From contig RSEE01000049.1 in NCBI GenBank assembly GCA_003971905.1, positions 1 to 64,000 of the forward strand: DNA of 64,000 nucleotides, in the 5' to 3' direction. The notes below the pieces were generated by a model, which saw only the letters and a list, made by a program, of their open reading frames with translations, ran no database searches and was not told where the DNA came from. Shown one piece after another: positions 60,006-64,000 of this stretch. This stretch comes from Moniliella sp. 'wahieum' (lineage: Eukaryota). The position numbers and the translations under genes were made by a program. Numbering within the stretch: position 1 is the stretch's first letter; each line of letters starts with the position of its first letter.

Positions 60006-61435
60006 TCAAGCTGCCACTGTCGCTGCGGCCGCCGTCGGCTCAAACGGGGTGGGAGACGTATGGTGCAAAACGGCATAGCCACCCTCGAGGGCGGTCGATT
60101 CAGCCGAGTCGGAAACTTCCACCTCGTCAGTTTCAGCCTCAGCCTCGGCCTCGTTCGACAGCTTGGGCGTCTTCTCCTCCGTCACCGGGGGGAACGGGAG
60201 AACCAACGGGACAAAAGCGAAGCACGGCGCGGCTGGGGGATGGCTTGTGGCTTGGAACGTGTTTCCTCCTCCGTGGGAAGAGCAGCGGTTTCCTCGTCCG
60301 TTTTGGCCATGGCCAACTGGGCATCCAGCTCAGCCAGCTCCCGCTGAAGTGCCGCACGGCGTTCCTGTGTCGCAGACCGCGTGAGCGGGGCAAGGGGGGC
60401 CGAGTGGGGGGTGTCATTCAGGGAGGAGGAAGAGGCGGAGGGGAAGCGGAAGCGGAAGAGGAAGAGGAAGAGGACGCGGCGGTAGCGGCCCCGGTGGCAC
60501 CAAAGATACTAGGGAAGGAAGGCACCGTCGTCGATGGGGCTTCACCGGTCGATGAGCCCAGTGGAGTGGGGACCATCTTTCCTCCTATCGCAGAACGGGC
60601 TTGATCAGCCACCGAGCTGACCCCGGCGGCACCGAGCACTGTGCCGGCCTTGTCCAAGGCTGAGGGGGCATACGCCCGAACCGCACTCAAAAGAGAGGCG
60701 TTGGTGGCGGAGGAAGTGCGCTGCTGGGGCGGGTCCTGTGACGGAGGGGGAGGCTAGCAAGCAGGTCAGCCCATTCCATTGATCGTGGGTTGTAAAGATA
60801 CGTACAATGTTCCACAGTGCCTCGCGGGCCTTGTAGTAGGCACCCTGTCCGGCGGTGAGGATCGACTGCTTCAGAGTCGTCCGGGCCTCAACCACAGCTG
60901 CGTCAATCTCGCGCTCGTGGTCGGCCAAGAAAGGACCGAGGTGGGTGGTGTACAAGTAAGCAGCGCCCTGGTAACACAAATGGATCGTCAGTGCTCAGTG
61001 GCAACTCTGGCTGTTGTCATCGCACAACGGAAGTACGGACAGCAGCGTACCTGTGTCTGAGGCAGGATCAGCCAGAGTGTAAATGCAAGTTTGCTTTCGG
61101 CGTAGAATGGCATCCTATGCTACGGTCAGTACGCACTTTGAAGATGGAAGCAAAGGGGCAGAGTGGACCTACCAGCGCCAAGACCAACCCAGGAACATCT
61201 CGCACGTCTCGACAACGGCAATGACGGACCAGTACATGAGCCAGGTCTCCAGCTCGGCCACCTCGGTGGGGGACTTGATCCCCTGTGCCGGAGCAGGCGG
61301 AATCCGCCAGGTGTACTGGAATGCGGTGGGGCCTGGACGCGATGGGGCCGTGATGGCCTTGTAGGTGGCATAGAGCGGGTAGACGTATCCCGCCACCGAG
61401 GTGGTGGCCACAATGGGGAGATGGAGGAGCAGCAT
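60006..61435 (-). CDS. TB2/DP1/HVA22 (REEP/Yop1-family) membrane protein
   Basis: AGYVYPLYATYKAI, WLMYWSVIAV, QGAAYLYTTHLGPFLADHEREID; spliced, with a Ser/Ala-rich tail. Confidence 0.85.
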
Positions 61436-63020
61436 TGTGTGGGGCGGGGGCGGGGCGGGTCGGGAAGGAAAGGAAAGGGAAGGTGTCGGGGCGGGAGACA
61501 GCAGAGAAAGGAACCCCAGAGGTGGTGGGCTGGGGGGGAGATGGACGGTGGCTGGTGGCCAGCACTGGGGACTGCTGCTGGGTGGGCAGAGGCAGCTGCG
61601 CTGATTAGAGCGATAGCGATTCGCACAGACGCACTGATGCGATGCTGCGCTGCTATCTTTTTTTTTTGCGATGGACGCCCCCCTGTGTCGCCCGAAATAT
61701 TTCAGCTTTCAGCCCGCTGCCGGCCCAGCCTTCGCCTTACGAGGCCTTAGTACTTAGTATTGAATCCGCCTTAGGGTTGAACGTTGACTGGGCCCGTGCC
61801 CGCTCCCAGGTATCTGCGCCCATCAGTTCCCATCAGTTGCCCTGCGGCCACGCCTGGCCGGTGGGCGTGAATGGATGGAGACAACGACGCCATCAACTTC
61901 AACCGAGGGTGGGCCAACGCCGGGCACAGGGCACCCAAAATGTGGCCTTAGATTCCCCGAGTCCTGCGCTTGATCAAGTTGATCAAGAGTTGATCAACCG
62001 GGTGTCGTCCGCCTCTTCTCTCCTCTCCTCATGGATGCTCTCGCATCTGTATGGCTCCGAGCGAGAGAGAACTATGCGGATACGGATCGGAATACAACTT
62101 CCGTATACTAAGACATGCTCGCAAACTCCCCCGTTTTCCACGCTGTTGAATCCAACCCAACGCCTCTTACCAGATAGGGGGGATGGAGGGGACACTTAAC
62201 TTCGCAACGTTCCAAGAGAAGAGGCGAAGAGGAAAGATGCCGCAGAGGGTATATGCACGGTCGGTAGTACCAGTGCGGTGCGGGGAAGGGCAATCATGAA
62301 TCGGTGGAGATGCACCCTGTAGCGGTATTCGAAGGGAATGGTGCTGACAGTGTCCTCCAGATACCAGAGAGAGAGGTGACAGTAAGCCACAACCCGCTTG
62401 TAGCACACACCACAGTGGGCAGGAAGGAGGCGGCGCGCTGGGCAGTGGCGGAGCGAGAGGTACAAGTGGTAGATATGGGGGCAGCGAAGCGGTGTTGTGA
62501 TACGGGCACTGAAGGATGTAGAGGCTGGCCCACGCGTAGTAAAAGGTGAGAAAAGAGAGCAAATTGTGAGCGTTTCTGGTGGTTTGATAGGTGGAGCATG
62601 ATGTAGATTTTGAAGTGAGGGAATCAGAATTGGACCCAAGCCTGAGGGCATCATCCTAGCTTAATGTCTACCCTCGTCGCGAGCAGGCGCCCTCTGTCCA
62701 TCGCGCTGCTACATCCGAATTCGTCCTGGCTGCTACCGTCCATGGTTGGATGGGTTAACGTTTATAGAATCACGCCGTTTGGTAGGACAGTTACGTTGTT
62801 CCATGAATTTAGGGCAACAGATAGAGAGGTAAAAAGGTGTAACTGTTGGGCGTTGCGTCGACATGACGAGAACGTAAACGTGAAGTACACCAGAACTAGG
62901 GTGGACACGAAGTATAATCAGCAAGGTTGCCAATGATATACGGGAGTCGGATGACAGCCGGGGAAGGATGGGGAAATGACAGGGGGAGGGGGGGGGGGGG
63001 GGGGGGGAGGGGAGGGGTTA

Positions 63021-64000
63021 TCAAGCAGCCGCGGTCTGGGTCTTGGTGCCAGGCAGCTTGGCCGCAATCCCCTCGGCATCCTTCTCGTCCGGCGAAGGGC
63101 TGTGGTCAGCACCGTCATGCCATTCGCCCGCCTTGCCAGCAGGAGAGGATTCATCTTCCACCACGCCTCCGACCAGGTTGGCAGCCGCGGCCTGCTTCTC
63201 AATCTCGCCCTTGATGTCGTCGCGGGACGCCATGCCTGTCGGGACCCAAGAACGGGAGGTCCAGGCACGACAGTTGGGGTCGCAGTACATCTCGTTGACC
63301 TGTTCCAGATTGAGGTCCTTGGTTTCGTACACAAAGAAGAAAGCGATGACCGCGTTGGCAAGGTTGCACCCGGCAAAGACGTAACCGTAGGCGAAGCCAA
63401 TGTCGGCCGTGATGGGGGTGGTGAACAAGGCCAGAAGGAAGTTCCAGATCCAGTTGGACAGGGTAGCAAGCGCAGCTTGGCGAGCGCGGGTGCGCGAGCT
63501 GAACACCTCGCCCGTGAACAGCCAAATACCCGGAGCCCAGGTACTGGCGTAGCCAAGGATGAAGAAGCAGCCCGAGCAAATCATCAACTTGCCAATGCCC
63601 TTCGACAATTGGGGGTCACCCAGCTTCTTGATGTGAGTTTCAGGGTTGGCCTTGTTGCCACCGACACCGGCACTAGCAACACAATGAGCCAGGCGCTGCA
63701 CCAGACACCACCCCAGATAAGCGGCAGACGACGGCCGATGGCCTCCAACATCCAAAGACCAAGGAGGGTGCAGACAAGTTGACCGCGCCAAATGATCTGG
63801 GTGACAAAGGGATCGTGATACCAACAGGCGTCATGATCTGGGTACCGAAATAGAAGAAGTAGTTGGCACCAGTCAATTGCTGGCCCATTTGCAGCACGAT
63901 GCCCAAAAGAGTACGGTAGAGCGTCTTGTTCTCGGTGGAAGACCTCGGTCCAAGTGACAGTGTTCGAGCGCTCCTCTTGCGCAGCGGCAATGATTTCGAA
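63021..64000 (-). CDS. Sugar porter (hexose transporter), C-terminal half; continues beyond the window
   Basis: QMGQQLTGANYFFYFG, WAPGIWLFTGEVFSSRTR, NWIWNFLL..FTTPI, ETKDLNLEQVNEMY. Confidence 0.92.

Overview
GC-rich eukaryotic DNA, most likely a basidiomycete fungus. The intron-poor genes, type-B-like 5S rRNA and divergent 28S suggest Ustilaginomycotina or similar, but this is inference. Essential genes such as ValRS carry many 1-bp indels, so the assembly looks like poorly polished long-read data and gene boundaries are approximate. The left ~18 kb looks like a chromosome end or subtelomere: ~64 copies of a 40-bp unit made of three mini-palindromes (1-2574), degenerate CCCTAA-like relics, an internal 28S rRNA fragment, a decayed 5S copy, a decayed telomere-linked-type RecQ helicase pointing toward the array, and a Gag-like ORF followed by a second 5S-containing repeat unit. 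The genes are an aldehyde dehydrogenase, a metallophosphoesterase, an MFS (Dal5/ACS) transporter, a peroxisomal oxalate/acyl-CoA ligase, an OPT transporter, a PXB/DUF3818 protein, GDA1, a bacterial-type NADP alcohol dehydrogenase, ValRS, Psy2/PP4R3, an HVA22/REEP protein and a partial hexose transporter. Mobile-element remains include a chromovirus integrase relic and two CRE-clade (Cnl1/MoTeR-like) non-LTR elements. The main candidates for new biology are (i) a possible non-canonical 40-bp hairpin-forming telomere, (ii) a pervasive intergenic 'TNA + 4-bp palindrome + TNA' heptamer scar signature, and (iii) a dispersed ~500-bp 5S-carrying unit adjoining a Gag ORF.
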